From Narcine bancroftii (lineage: Eukaryota), in the NCBI RefSeq assembly GCF_036971445.1, contig NC_091480.1, positions 66,030,001-66,094,000 of the forward strand: DNA of 64,000 nucleotides. Direction: 5' to 3'. The notes beneath the pieces are model-generated. The model saw nothing but the letters and a program-made list of their open reading frames with translations, had not been told where the DNA came from and ran no database searches. The position numbers were made by a program, and so were the translations under genes. Shown here piece after piece: positions 22,554 through 37,128 of the stretch; the first letter of the stretch is position 1, and the number at the start of each line of letters is the position of its first letter.

Positions 22554-23939
22554 ATCACAAGGGAGAACCTCCTGTCCGCTCTGTCGCTCGTGGCTTTCTT
22601 GCAAGGCGCAGCAATTCTTCCTTGTGGTGTTTTTCGTGAAGTGGGTTCACTTGGTCACATTCCCTTTCTGCATGACCTTGGAATTCTGCTCAATGCACGC
22701 CGTTGTGCAACATGACATTAACTTTGATCTTAATGAGGGTAGAAATGATATTACATTAGTCTGCAGCTTGGGGTTGTGAGCAAATTGGGGAAGTCATCTT
22801 TAATTGTTGGTCATTGTAAAACAGAAAATGACCCCATGTTTTACATGCTGTATCTGCTCTCTGGTTCTCTCTCTTTCTGTATCGGGAATTTACCTTGTCC
22901 ATCAATTTTGAATAAACTGGAATATTTCAATCTGCAACTCTGGATTTTACTTTGCTCAAGCACATGATTAAATGATCGAAAAGATCAAGGTTCACATCTT
23001 CGTGTCGAGTTGAAGAACAGTGAATCATTCCACTAGTTGCTCTCAAGGAAAGAGGCTGAAAAATAGAACAGATAGACGTCTCGAATCAAAATCACACCCG
23101 ACCAAGCCGAGCTGCAACAGAAGGGCTCCCTCACCTGAGATAGGCTAGTTTATTATCTGAAAGTACATACATTGACACTGTTCACAATGCAGCTCAATTA
23201 TCATAAATTCTGTGCAACTCGTCAGTGGTGCAGTGAGATAGGCACCGGGCCAGAACAATTCCAGTGGGTCCTGCACACAGAACCAGTCCAAATTGAATGA
23301 GGAAAGGACTCTTCATCTCCGGGCTATGAGGGCCTTGCAGGAAATGGCACGGGGACGAATCCAATGCGTTCTGCAATCTCTAATTTACCAGAATGACTGC
23401 AAATTCTCCCATTGCTCCCTGAAATGGCGGGTAAAGAAGTGGTAAGGCATGCTTGCCCTTATTGTTCACTGGGTCTAAAATTTGGGAGGTCACGCTGTAG
23501 CTGTGTAGCAATATGCTGAGGCCACATTTGGAGAATGCTGTGAAGTTCTGGTCACTGCCGTCCAAGGACATTTTTGAGAGGGTGCAGGACATTTTCAGCC
23601 GGGAGTTGCCTGCCTTCGAGAGTATGATCTCCAACGGGTTGGACACATTTGGATTGTTTTCATTTGAATGTTCGAGGCTGAGGGGCGTCCTGAGAGCACC
23701 ATATCAAATCATAACGGTCATAGATAGGCGAGATGGTCAAAGCCTCCCCACCCCCACCGTGGCAAGGTCCAATATTAGAGAACGCAGCTGTCAGGTGAGA
23801 CAGGGAAAGGTTAAAAGAGATGTGCGAGGCATGTTCTCCACACAACACACTGAAGAGCTTTGCTCCGGGAGGCAGTGGAAGCAGGTAGCTGCAGCATTTG
23901 AAATAGAAGCGAGGCAGGTTCAGGAATAGGATGAGATGG

Positions 23940-25344
23940 TGTCGGACTCTGGCTTTACCCTACCCTCAATGTAGTCTATATGTCGTCTGAGTCCAGCGTG
24001 CTCGTTGAATGAAGTGATAGGAGAAGGTATTCGGTTCAACAATCAGTTTATTACACAGCACAAGAATAAAGCTTAACAGAGCTCTGGTTCTGTCGTTAGT
24101 TCATAGGTCACCTGCACAGTGAGCTATTCCCCAAGACTGACCTCTACTGTCCAGTCTCTACAGTTTATATAGCTCAACCTTATCATACAGAACAAAAGTT
24201 GGCTTCCTTTGCTAGATCTCATTATCATACAGAACAAAAGTTGGCTTCCTTTGCTAGATCTCATTATCATACAGAACAAAAGTTGGCTTTCTTTGCTAGA
24301 TTTCTTGCATAAGATTTATCACAAGTAATTTCCTGCTCTGCAGATATCTGGGATATAGAACTCCCATCTTAGTCCTCAAGGTCAGAATATCCTGTTATTT
24401 TGATCAGAAATCAATTCATACCCCAGATATTTCTAATTATTTCTTTGTTCTCATTTGGCCATGTTCTTCTGTTCTACTCAACACCTCCTTCTGCCTTCTT
24501 ACTGAGTTATTCCATTCTCTTTGTTTCTGACAGTTTCTGTCAGGATTCTCTTTGTTCTTGTCTGGCCATTGGCTCCTGTGCTAATCAACACCTCCTTTTG
24601 CCTTAACCTTCCTACTAAATTGTTTCATACATATCCTCTCTTTTGTATTTTGGGAGCAGGCAATTCTAAACCTACTGTAATCAGCCAACTTTGCTACATA
24701 CTGTGGTTGCCCCTTACTTACATTACTCTTTCCCTTCACCATGAGGTAAATATTAAATTGTTACATAGTCGAAGTACTCGAGATGGCAGAGGTCGACAGC
24801 ATCGAGTCCACGCTGCTGAAGATCCAGCTGCGCTGGATGGGTCACGTCTCCAGAATGGAGGACCATCGCCTTCCCAAGATCGTGTTATATGGCGAGCTCT
24901 CCACTGGCCACCGTGACAGAGGTGCACCAAAGAAAAGGTACAAGGACTGCCTAAAGAAATCTCTTGGTGCCTGCCACATTGACCACCGCCAGTGGGCTGA
25001 TAACGCCTCAAACCGTGCATCTTGGCGCCTCACAGTTTGGCGGGCAGCAACCTCCTTTGAAGAAGACCGCAGAGCCCACCTCACTGACAAAAGGCAAAGG
25101 AGGAAAAACCCAACACCCAACCCCAACCAACCAATGTTCCCCTGCAACCGCTGCAATCGTGTCTGCCTGTCCCGCATCGGACTTGTCAGGCTGACGTGGA
25201 CTTTTTACCCCCTCCATAAATCTTCGTCCGCGAAGCCAAGCCAAAAGAAAAGACATAGTACTGGATTCATGTATACAAACTGAATAGTACATAAGCATAT
25301 ATTCTACATATTTTCTATGATTAATTAACCCCTATATTCCAACA
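23940..25344 (-). mobile_element. Solo LTR (ERV/Gypsy-like) with a nested truncated RTE, unit 2
   Basis: Termini TGTCGGA...TCCAACA with a 4-bp TSD ATGG. The site is empty in unit 1 (~8141-8150). Minus-strand TATAAA (24164-24169) and AATAAA (24047-24052), plus three 42-bp tandem repeats at ~24180-24300. Confidence 0.85.
24770..25252 (+). mobile_element. 5'-truncated RTE inserted in the solo LTR
   Basis: Near-identical to the 3' end of the full-length RTE. 7-bp TSD ACATAGT and a 17-bp internal deletion near the ORF end. Confidence 0.92.
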
Positions 25345-25965
25345 ATGGACAGAACAAGACCCACATGCAGGCAGGTGAGATGATTGGAAAATTGGCCCGA
25401 TGATTCCCACACACATCATGGGCTGAACAGCTTCTGCTGACTGGTCGATGCACGGAGATTTAGAAAATCCAGAACAGTGAAGTGTTCAAAATTAAAACGT
25501 AGAATTCAATATACACGATCACAAGAACACGTCATTGAAAACCCATATGAAATGCTTCACTTGCTTTCAGTTACCCGGGCCCAGTGCCGGGTGCACCGTC
25601 TGCACAAACAGTCCCAAGACCTGCTCACAGTTCGGGGACTCCCCCTGAGAGTCGGGCCTTTGTATTGGCCACATGGTGCCCAGGCAAAGACCTGCCCACA
25701 GCCCACCACCCCATTGGGAAGCTGGATGTGCGCGGTTACTGGTGTGGGGCAAAAGTGGTTGGGATTCATTCCCTTCCCAACACAGGACTATCAAAACCAA
25801 CGGAGCAGGACAGTTCGCCGCAGAGTGACTGTTTTCAGTGCCGGCAGGGATCAGTGTCCGTGGTTTCCTTCAGTAGCATTCGAGTTGTTGGCTCTCTCGG
25901 CATATTCATCAGCCACGCGTCCAACTGACACTCAGTGCTACAGCGCACATACTGTTGTGTGTGTC

Positions 25966-25968
<3 letters not shown>

Positions 25969-26024
<56 letters not shown>
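25969..26024. repeat. (GT)n microsatellite; also 39158-39217, with (CA)n tracts at ~9055-9108, ~26302-26330 and ~39495-39523
   Basis: Direct dinucleotide runs; the unit 3 tract is 4 nt longer than the unit 2 tract. Confidence 0.95.
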
Positions 26025-26027
<3 letters not shown>

Positions 26028-26299
26028 CTTGCGTGTGTATGTGTGGGTGTTTGTCTGTTTGTGTGTGAGTGCGTTCGCGCGCGTGTGCGTGTGTGTGTAA
26101 AGAGGACATGACCATATCTACTCTTCATGCCACCCTTTGCAGATTACGCTGTCCGGGGGCTGAAAACCTACCGCATTCTTGGGGTCCCTTACTTGGCCAG
26201 GTGAATTGCCCCCTGTCTGACCAAGGGTCCCTCCACCTGACCACGGATCATTCCTTCTGACCACACACATGCGCGCACACACACACGCATTCACAGACG

Positions 26300-26335
<36 letters not shown>

Positions 26336-29300
26336 TTAGTTTTTCCAGTCCGTGTGTTCAATCCACCTTCTCAGAGCCCCTTTCCCAGCCAGGAGACTCG
26401 ACGCCCCTGCAAATCACCTCTCACTATGTGTACACCACTGGATACACACAAACACCAAGGTGACTGCACTCATGTGATGGGCTGAGCAGGGCTGTCCGTG
26501 AGGTAGACAGGCCATTCTGTGATTAGCGGGCATTGCAATCACAGTCGGGATAGTGGTATGGTTGGACTCATTGGTGAAGGTCAAATGGGCTTGAGGTCAG
26601 AGGTTAGTGTGGGGTCATTGGGGAAGTTTGTGCTTTGTGAGGTCACTGTCCAGGATTTGAACGATCTGTTGAGGGAGCTGACTCTGGTTTTAATTGATGG
26701 TTCTGATAGTTTTTCCTGATGGGAGCAGCTGGAAGATGTGAGGTGCATTGTGGTGGGGTCTTCCTTGATTTTGAGAGGCCGCTTTAAATACCCATCTCAG
26801 TAAATCACATTAATGGGAGTGTGCTCCCAGTAATCCTCGCTGCTGCTTTTATGGTCCAGTGGATTTACCTCTGCCCTGTCGCCACGTAGGAACTGTCCGG
26901 CCCTGTGATACAGCCGGCCTGGACATACTCCATAGAGCTTCTGCAGGAAGTTGACATGATGGTGGGTGATAGTCTTTCCCGTTTAAGCCTTCTAAAGGAG
27001 TGCGGTCGCTGTCGCACCTTCCTGACAAGTGAGGAGATATTGAGTACCCACGATAGGTCATGAGTCATGTGAGCTCCAAAAAACTTGGTGCTCTCCACTC
27101 TCGCCACTCTCAAGCTATTAACATGCAGTGGAGGCTGATCGTTCCTGGTCCTCCCGAAGGCCACAATCATCTCCTTTGTCTTGATGTACGTTGACTTAAT
27201 GGTAAGAGTGTGGCAGTGGGGTGTAATGACTCAGATTAGAGGCCTGTGTCTAATGGTGCGCTGCAGGATTCAGCACTGGCCCCACTCTTGTCTCTTATCA
27301 ATTTGAATGCCTTCTTTTCTTTGAATATTTTATTTATTCAACATATATAATGTCAAGAAGTTAATATAATACCATAGTTACATAATAGTATCTTAACAAA
27401 TATATGCTGAAACTATATAAAAAACTAAAATATAAAATAAAAAAGACTAACTACTACAAATAAAAACCGTACACCTACTAATCCATTCACCTGAACTAAT
27501 CTAATCCCTAAACTGAAATATATGCCATTTCATTATAAAATGATTACAAATATTTAATTCGGATTGTATCAGTTGACAATCAGAGACCTCAAAAACACCA
27601 TAAAATTACACTTTCAGAGAAAACTTCACTGATCAGGAAAAATAAATTAATAAAATCATACTTTTAATTTCATTATTTTAGCATAGGGACCCCAAATTTT
27701 TTAAAACAAGAAAAGTTATTCCTTAAATTAGAAGCAATTTTTTCTCATGGAATACAGCTTTGTATTTCAGCATGCCGTCTATCTAATGTTAATGAAACAT
27801 CGGATTTCCATGTCACGGTAACACATTTCCTCGCTTTTACTAAAATCAACTTAACAAATTTTAATTGCAAATCTGACAGCGATAATGTAGGAGTGACACT
27901 TTCAAAATGTCCCAACAAAAATAATTCACGATTTAAAGGAAAGTTCACTCCTGTGATCCGTGGCAAACCCCCAAAGGGTTGACCTTTGAACAAGACCACG
28001 TGGAATGAAGAAAGGTACCAATATCCGTTCCACATCTAAAACATTGATCCGATAAATCCAATCTCCATCGACTCAATTTCTGAGGAGTAAATATGCAGTT
28101 GATGTAAAACATTATAATGAAATCATCTATCTCTTCCATTAATAGGATTTGTCAGAACCTCTTGACACAAATTTTGCCGGTTTTGTAGATCCATAATCAT
28201 GTCCAAACCTCGTTCCCATCTTTCTTTTGATTTAAGCAATCCTAATTTAGGTGTCAGTTCTTGTAACAAAATATATGCAATTGAAATAAATTTTAAAATC
28301 ATTCCATCAACCATAATTTGTTCCAAATTTGAAAGATCTTTTGAATAGTTTCCGATCCTAGTTTCTCTCTTTAGAAAACCCTTCGATTGAAAATAACTAA
28401 TTAATGTATTTTAAGGTACATCATATTCAATCATTAATTGACCTTAACACCCCCTCCTCATTTCCCTTCTAATACCATCTATTTGAAAAAGGAATCTCTT
28501 TTGTAAAAATCAACAAGGGATTAATTAATGGCGTTTTCAATGAAAGAATATTTCCACCAGTTTCCAAGTTTATTTAATTCCAAATATTCAACCAATGTTT
28601 TAATATTGGGCCTTCCCTGTCTATTACACTAGATTTAGAAAGACATTTATAAATAAACTCGTCTCCTATCTTATTAATTCGATATCCACCCATGATGGAC
28701 TAATGTTAACGGACATAAAAACTAACAAGCTTAATTGTGCTGCTTTGTACCAATTCTTAAAATTGGGACGTTGTCTTCCTCCTTGATCATATTTCCATGT
28801 TAATTTTACAACGACTTTCTTACCATCCTCACTTTCCAAAGAAATCCCTGAACTTGCTTATTTAAATCTTGAAAATATTTTGAGGTTAAAGTGTGAACGT
28901 CTTCAATGCCGACGATACCAAAAGTTCGTGCTATACCTGAGAGTGGAGAAGGTGATCCCGGATTACAACAGGATGCAGATGAACTGGACAAGCAGAGCAA
29001 GGAACGGCAGATGGGATTTCACTCGGAAAGTGCGAGGTGTTGCATTGAGGTGGATTAATTAATCCAGGGCAAGAATTACATGGTGAATGGAAGGTCGCTG
29101 GGGCGTGCTGCAGCACAAGGAGGCTTGGGACACAGCCAGATATTTCCATGGAGGCAGTGACCCAAGAGGACAGGGTAGCGAAGAAGGTGTTTTCCACGCT
29201 TGCCTTCTTTGGTTAGGGAAGTAAGTCCAGGTGCAGGGATGTCATGTTCCGACTCCACAGGACGTTGGGGAGACCAGAGCTGGAGTGTGGTGTGCAATTC

Positions 29301-30567
29301 TGGCCACCCAGCGATTGGAAAGATTGAATTGGAAATGGGTGCAGAACATTCATGAGAATGTTACTGGAGCTGGCATGATAATGAGAGGATGGGTGGGCTG
29401 GGGCTTTCCCCTTGAAGTGCAGGGAACTTTTACAGTATAGTCTTACTATTCTAATATTTCAACTTCTATTCTAACTTATATTTATATAAATATGCTCCTT
29501 GGTCCTGGAGAAAAGCTATTTCGTCTTTACTGTGCGAACACGTGTTGAACGTTGATGAAGGTGACTTGACTTGACTTGACGAGAGGGGCAAGTGGAGGAG
29601 ACGAGCTGAGGGGACTCTGCGGCCGAGGGACCAGGTCATGCGGCGGGCTGCTGGCGACCGAGGCGAGGAACCCGCGGAAGGGAACGGCGATTCAAAGAGG
29701 TGCCGATGGCGCTGAAGGGTCCCTGACCATGTCGGAGATCTGGAGCTCGAAGTGCCAATGGCTTGGACTGGATTCTGTGTGGCTGCGGGGGCAGGGGAAG
29801 CGCCGGAAGCGAATCTAAGGGGATGGGGGGTGGGGTGGGGGTGATTCTCTCCCTATAACTGTAAGTCTGACTGTAAGATCTATCAGAGGCGCTTTGGCAA
29901 TTACTGCCGGTGGCGAATCTGTCTGCCTTGCAGCAAGCAAAAGGACATTTCATGTAATAGGACACTCTTTTACCACCAGCATGATCAGTTGAAGCTAGAA
30001 TCTTGAAAGATTTAAAGGGGACCTGTGGGGCACAGTTGTCATACAAAGGGTGGTGGGGAAATAGAAGGAGCGGCCAGAGACAGGAAAATTGTAAGGTGCA
30101 CGAACGTCCATGGACGAAAGGTTTGAAGGCACATGGCTAAAGGCAGGTCAATGGGAGGAGATTGGAGTGTGCTGGGGACATCTGTAACCCAACCGCGGGG
30201 CTGGATAGGCTGAGAAGAATGGCCCCTTAACCCGTCTCTTCGTCGCCTCCAGCCCGACACGGCCGTGCAGCTCTGGGCAGTCAGGAGCCTGCTTTTCTGG
30301 AGCCCACACATTTCTGCTGACGCCAGCGTTGCCCGCAGCGCCAAGGGCGGTGAGCAGCGCAGGGGAACAGGTTGGAACTCACGGCAGAAGGTGGCGGCCG
30401 ACTCCTCCTCCCTCTCTCCATTGCTCCAACCCCATCCTTGTCACCTGATAAGCCGACCAAGCCCTCTGTACAGCTCATAAAAGCAGCTCCAGCCTCTCTC
30501 GGCTGCACCGGGGACTTGCGATCGCCGGAGCAGCTTCGCCGCCACAGAGCCCACATCATCTTTCACC

Positions 30568-33500
30568 ATGTCCTTAACAGGGATCAAGATAACAAGAAGC
30601 TCCTCCAGCAGATCAGGAGGACAACGAAGCTCCGGATTGGGACAATGGGGCGGGAGCCGCATGTCTTCCATAGGTGGAGGATTCAGATCGTCTGGAGGAT
30701 ACCAGGGTGCCGGGCGGGCTCAAAGTCTCATCCTGTCCAGTTCGAGAAGCTCGAGGTTGTCCCGCCCCTCCGGCATGGGGCTCGGTGTTGGTATGGGGCT
30801 CGGTGTTGGCATAGGGCTCGGTGTTGGCATGAAGACGGCTGTGGATCTGCACAGCCCCTTACCCAAAAATGACCTCAGTCAGCAAGCCATTCGTCTCCAG
30901 GAGACGCAGCAGATCACTGGGCTCAACGACCGGTTTGCCTCTTTCATTGAGCAGGTCAGTGCACCAGCTCTCCCCCGTCGCGCATGTTGGGAAGCCGGGG
31001 TTGCGTGTGTCTGGCCAAATGGCGCCTCCTTTCCTTGCCGGCTCCCTGTCAATCTAACCGTGGGCTCGCTTCCCATCCGCAGGTTTGCGCGCTGGAACTG
31101 AAAAATACTGAACTGAAGACCAAACTGGATCTCCTGCAAAAGCAGGGAACTTCCACATCGAACATCGAGAACATGTTCCAAATGTACATCGCCAACCTCA
31201 AGAGGCAACTGGAAGCTCTGGGGCAGGAGAAAGCGAAGTTCGAGTCGGACCTTGTGCAAATGCAGGCGCTGGTTGAGGACTTTAAGGGCAAGTAAGTGCG
31301 TGTGAGGCATTCCCCATTTCATCTGTTCTCGTCCCGGACGCGCTCACGGGGTCAGAGACATGGAGCAGAAGCCGGCAGATTGCGGCAAGGTTCAATGCAT
31401 GAGGCACCCCGCTCTCTCCCACTCGGACACTTGGTTCTGGTGCGGCGGAGCAACAGCAGCGAGTGGGCGTCTGGGGCTTCTCTATGGGACCGGCAAGTGC
31501 GCCAAGAGGAGAGGCGCAGGCGAAGCCGAGCTCTGGAACGCGAGGAGCCTCCCAGAACTCTGAAAGCCAGCGAGATGGACCGGGAGATTCAGGGCAAGGA
31601 GGGCGCGCTGGTCTGGGGCGCGGCAGGGCCGATACTTCCCACGGAGCAGGGAGGGAAGAGCACTCCCAATGAACCGGGCAGCGTGCGAGGCGTCAGCACA
31701 AAGCAGCAGGGTCCCCTCGCAGCAACGGGACTCAATGCCTTCTTTGGAAGAGATTTTCCCTAAAGTCTAGATTCCTTTCAGGTACGAGGATGAAATTAAC
31801 AAGCGGACTGAAATGGAGAACGAGTTTGTCATCGTCAAGAAGGTGAGTATGACTGGCGAGCTGTCTGTCCAATATGTCAAGCGCATTTCCGAGCGAGCTT
31901 TTCAAAGGCGTGGGTCACGAACATCTGTGGACACCGTGGTTGAAGTAAGCAACGACCTTTCACAGCCGTGTGTCCCTTTCCTCTTCAGGATGTCGATGAA
32001 TCCTACATGAACAAGGTGGAACTGGAGGCGAGGCTGGAAGCCTTGACCGATGAACTCGAATTCCTCAAGAGTATCTTTGACGAGGTAAACAGGCGACATG
32101 GTCCGGCAATTGGTCCCTTGCCGATCCCTTCAATCTCCTTTCAGTTCTTTTCCTTCCGCCTGTTATGAGTCCAGAGGAGCCCAAAGCCCAGCAGCAAAAG
32201 ATATTCACCACGACAAGTAGTTACTTCAACAAAAGTTGTTTTAAATTCTCTTTAAACATGGAAACAGGATCAAACTTTAACGTATCACTATTAACTTAAC
32301 GCCCCGACTTAAGCCCCTTTTCATTCTGAGCGCACGTGTACGTAATGTGTGCGTAAATTTAAGAAATGTTCTTTGGAAAGGTAAATGTTTACCACCCAGG
32401 AAGGTTCTTGGAGGTTTGCAGAGAGACATGTGCTGTTCCAGGATTTGCACAATTCAGGTACCACCATTATTCACCTCAATGTCTTTTTGATGAAACTTGC
32501 CCCATGTGGGTTCTCTAGATGATAACCTCTTTCTTTCTGGCCAGCACAGAGTTCCTTTCTGTTCTTCCTATTCCAAAAGAAACATCAGACAGATAGCACT
32601 TCCAGCCATCCGCCACACTGGAGCTTCTGTTTCAGTTTGAACAACCTTCTCCTGGCTGACATTGTTCAGTTTCTCCCTCTCTCTGAGATTCAGAACAGCC
32701 AGCCACATGTCATTCTCTCTCTCTCTCTCTCTCTCTCACTTGCAAAAACCCCTCCTCCTTCTCCAGCAAACAATAGGAGTTCATCTTCTGCTCCCATCTG
32801 TTGTTTTAGGTAAACAAACGTCTCAATGACCTTTGAGTGAGCCCTTTGCAGAGAGGTCAGAAGGCTTGCAAAAATGTCCAACATCATTTCAATTAGCACC
32901 TAATTGTGCAATGTGCATTGCATTCTGCATAGTTTCTGTAAAGCCACTGAATATGAATGCTTCAGAATTTCAAATAAGATCTGTTTTAAAATGTGTGTAT
33001 GTATGTAACCTACTCTAATTCTACCAATTTATCTCCCCAAAACATCTCCAAATATTCCATCACACCACCCACCTTTAGGAAATCCGCGAGCTACAGGCAC
33101 AGATCCAGAACACTTCTGTCTGCGTGCAAGTGGACACTTCTCGTAAACTGGATATGAGTGGGATCATTGAACAGATCAAGAATCAATATAAAATATTGGC
33201 AGATGCTAACCGCAAGGAGGCTGAACAATGGAAAATGATGAAGGTAAGCATTCGCATCCAAGTCGCCAGGTCCCACCTGCACTGGCAGCTCTGACCTCTG
33301 TGTTGGAGGGGGAAACCTTTTGCTGACCAGTTCTCAATGTGTCCTTGCAGATGCAAGAGCTGAGCATGTCAGGTGGAGGTTTGGAAGCAGACATGCGGGC
33401 AATAAAAACAGAATGTAATGATCTGAATCAATCCATCCGGAGAATCAGCATGGACATCGAAAATCTTAAAGCCCAGGTAAGCCTCGGAGTGAAAGCATGC

Positions 33501-35742
33501 AGGATCTGGGTATCAACACCCGCAGTTTGGCAAAATACCCGCTTCTCCTCCCAGCCCAAAGCAAACGGCCAAGAGACGACTGAAATATCCGATCAATTGG
33601 GTCGAATTCTGCCATTCCAGGACCCTCTCACTCCTTCCGGGGAAAGGCTTAGGATCCTGATCCATTCTCAGCCAATCTACAACACAGCACGCTCAGCATG
33701 GTCCTTCTCAAGGAGGGGGTTTGGGTGGCATGTGGCAGGTGAGGCAGCGCTCCACGTACAAGTCATCATGTTAACCTTTGTGCCACTTAGCGTTTGAAAC
33801 TGGAGGCTGATATCAGAGAAGCGGAAGAACGTGGGGAAATGTCTCTCAAAGGCAGTAAAAGCAGAATTCAAGAACTGCAAGACGCCATCCAGAAAGCCAA
33901 GCAAGAGATGACCAAGCAAGTCCAGGAACTCGAGAATCTGATGCAAGTCAAGCTGGGTCTGGATATGGAGATTCTTGCCTACAGGAAGCTCCTAGAGGGA
34001 GAGGAAGCAAGGTAGGACATTGGGTAGTTCCACCTTCCATGTGTGACACCTCTACACCAATTCTGTTTTCTTGTTCCAAAGGAGCGTGGGTGCAGCAGCC
34101 ACGTACCTTGTACCCATGTGCTCCGCGGTGTGCCCCATTTGAGGTTGTGGAGATCCCTGCCATGCTCAGAAAGATGACTGCTTTTTACTATCAGCACTCA
34201 GGCGTGAAGAATGAGCAGCTCGGGCAAGGGTCTGCAGGCTAGAAATCCCCACGGGGTTTCACCCAACCAAGTCAGTGTTCCTTCGAGACGGAAGCAATTT
34301 GTAAACCTGAGCAAAATATGCCTCGAAACGTCCTCGAAAGGCCTGTGGTAACACGAATATTTCTTCTCAACAGGATGGCCGAAGGGATAAGAACACTCAG
34401 CATCCAATCAGTGCAACAGCAAGGTAGGCAGACGTGTCAAGATTTTACCCAGAGAACACAGCTATATGCATTGCTTTAATGATACTTGTTCATGAGTGTT
34501 ACCTCACTGGCCTTCATGGTCTCCTGGCCAAGAGATGGTGTGAACTGAACTCCTCGCTTTTCCCTTCACATCCACCATCCTTTCCTCAGAAAGCTCACAG
34601 TTGACATCTCACCCCTAACTGAGACTCCACATCGCGGCCTTCTTCTGCGATCAGTCGTCGGATGGCACCCTGGCTCCCAGCCTGTTGCTTTAACGAGACT
34701 CCATGTGTCTGTCTCATGGGCAGCAATCCCTCCTCATCCTTACCCTACCCGTGTCTCTGCAACAATATACACCGTTGCATTCACCTTCATTCTCCAGTGT
34801 TTCTTCTGCCTTCTCTCATTGGGACGGGATGCCCTCGCCCCTTTTGATGCCTGACTACCATTTGGTCAGCCGTTCATTCCCTCTAATGTCTGCTCTTCCT
34901 GTTCTGACATCAAGCCAAGGCATTCATCAGAGACATAGTAGCAAGGCCATCCACCTCCATCGTCACCTCCTTCCTATAATCTAACTCAGTCCCTAAGTCA
35001 GGCTGACCTATTCATTTGTGCTTTTCCCTCTTCCACATTGAACTGTTGTGCTCCTCTCTTGGAGCCCTGTTCCAATTCTTGTTGGTACAACCATCTCCAT
35101 CAAAGATCTCTTGTCCTCCTTGTAACTTATTCCAACTCCCACCACCCGCTTTGTTCCCTGATGTATATTTGTTCCGAACTTGGTAATGTTGCATCTTTCC
35201 GATCTCAGTGTCCAACTCTCTCCAGAGCCCTGTGACTGTCCTTACTTATCTCTGCACTCTACTGTCCTGTTATCTCGGTGCCGTGACTGACGGATGCACC
35301 TCGAGCTCCCAAATGCTGACATTTCAGTGATCACCTTTCCAAATCTTACTTCGTCTCGGGTTCTCTTTCCCTCTTTTCAAACGCCGTTTCTCCCCGCCCC
35401 CCTCCCCTCCCACCCCCCACCCCCATGTTTTGATGTGTGCCGATGTAGCTTAGAGTGAAGCTTGTGTTCGATCGAGTCCTTTGGGGTGCATTGTAGTAGC
35501 AAAGTGTCTGCCTTGGTTGTTGCAGTTCTTTCCGAAATTGCAGCGTCCTCATTTCAATGGCCTTTCTCCCCCTTCTCTCCCCCACTGCAGCTGATTATGG
35601 GCAATTTAATCAATTGAGTAGCAAACTGTCTGGATTTCTCCAAGGGGCCGGTGAGATGGAAAGCTCTTCCATACAACTCGGAACACCATTAATTACGAAA
35701 TCGGTGCTGCAATCCAAAAGCCAAGTGCAGAGCACATTTTAA
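30568..35742 (+). CDS. Type II keratin, array copy 3; 9 exons, 488 aa
   Basis: Exons 30568-30954, 31083-31291, 31782-31842, 31989-32084, 33079-33243, 33351-33476, 33791-34011, 34374-34423, 35591-35742. The protein appears identical to copy 2. Confidence 0.93.
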
Positions 35743-37128
35743 ATCACAAGGGAGAACCTCCTGTCCGCTCTGTCGCTCGTGGCTTTCTTGCAAGGCGCAG
35801 CAATTCTTCCTTGTGGTGTTTTTCGTGAAGTGGGTTCACTTGGTCACATTCCCTTTCTGCATGACCTTGGAATTCTGCTCAATGCACGCCGTTGTGCAAC
35901 ATGACATTAACTTCGATCTTAATGAGGGTAGAAATGATATTACATTAGTCTGCAGCTTGGGGTTGTGAGCAAATTGGGGAAGTCATCTTTAATTGTTGGT
36001 CATTGTAAAACAGAAAATGACCCCATGTTTTACATGCTGTATCTGCTCTCTGGTTCTCTCTCTTTCTGTATCGGGAATTTACCTTGTCCATCAATTTTGA
36101 ATAAACTGGAATATTTCAATCTGCAACTCTGGATTTTACTTTGCTCAAGCACATGATTAAATGATCGAAAAGATCAAGGTTCACATCTTCGTGTCGAGTT
36201 GAAGAACAGTGAATCATTCCACTAGTTGCTCTCAAGGAAAGAGGCTGAAAAATAGAACAGATAGACGTCTCGAATCAAAATCACACCCGACCAAGCCGAG
36301 CTGCAACAGAAGGGCTCCCTCACCTGAGATAGGCTAGTTTATTATCTGAAAGTACATACATTGACACTGTTCACAATGCAGCTCAATTATCATAAATTCT
36401 GTGCAACTCGTCAGTGGTGCAGTGAGATAGGCACCGGGCCAGAACAATTCCAGTGGGTCCTGCACACAGAACCAGTCCAAATTGAATGAGGAAAGGACTC
36501 TTCATCTCCGGGCTATGAGGGCCTTGCAGGAAATGGCACGGGGACGAATCCAATGCGTTCTGCAATCTCTAATTTACCAGAATGACTGCAAATTCTCCCA
36601 TTGCTCCCTGAAATGGCGGGTAAAGAAGTGGTAAGGCATGCTTGCCCTTATTGTTCACTGGGTCTAAAATTTGGGAGGTCACGCTGTAGCTGTGTAGCAA
36701 TATGCTGAGGCCACATTTGGAGAATGCTGTGAAGTTCTGGTCACTGCCGTCCAAGGACATTTTTGAGAGGGTGCAGGACATTTTCAGCCGGGAGTTGCCT
36801 GCCTTCGAGAGTATGATCTCCAACGGGTTGGACACATTTGGATTGTTTTCATTTGAATGTTCGAGGCTGAGGGGCGTCCTGAGAGCACCATATCAAATCA
36901 TAACGGTCATAGATAGGCGAGATGGTCAAAGCCTCCCCACCCCCACCGTGGCAAGGTCCAATATTAGAGAACGCAGCTGTCAGGTGAGACAGGGAAAGGT
37001 TAAAAGAGATGTGCGAGGCATGTTCTCCACACAACACACTGAAGAGCTTTGCTCCGGGAGGCAGTGGAAGCAGGTAGCTGCAGCATTTGAAATAGAAGCG
37101 AGGCAGGTTCAGGAATAGGATGAGATGG

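Noticed and set aside
24180-24300. 42-bp direct repeats as a CRISPR-like array
   Set aside because: The repeats are contiguous with no spacers, lie inside an LTR in eukaryotic DNA, and no cas genes are present.
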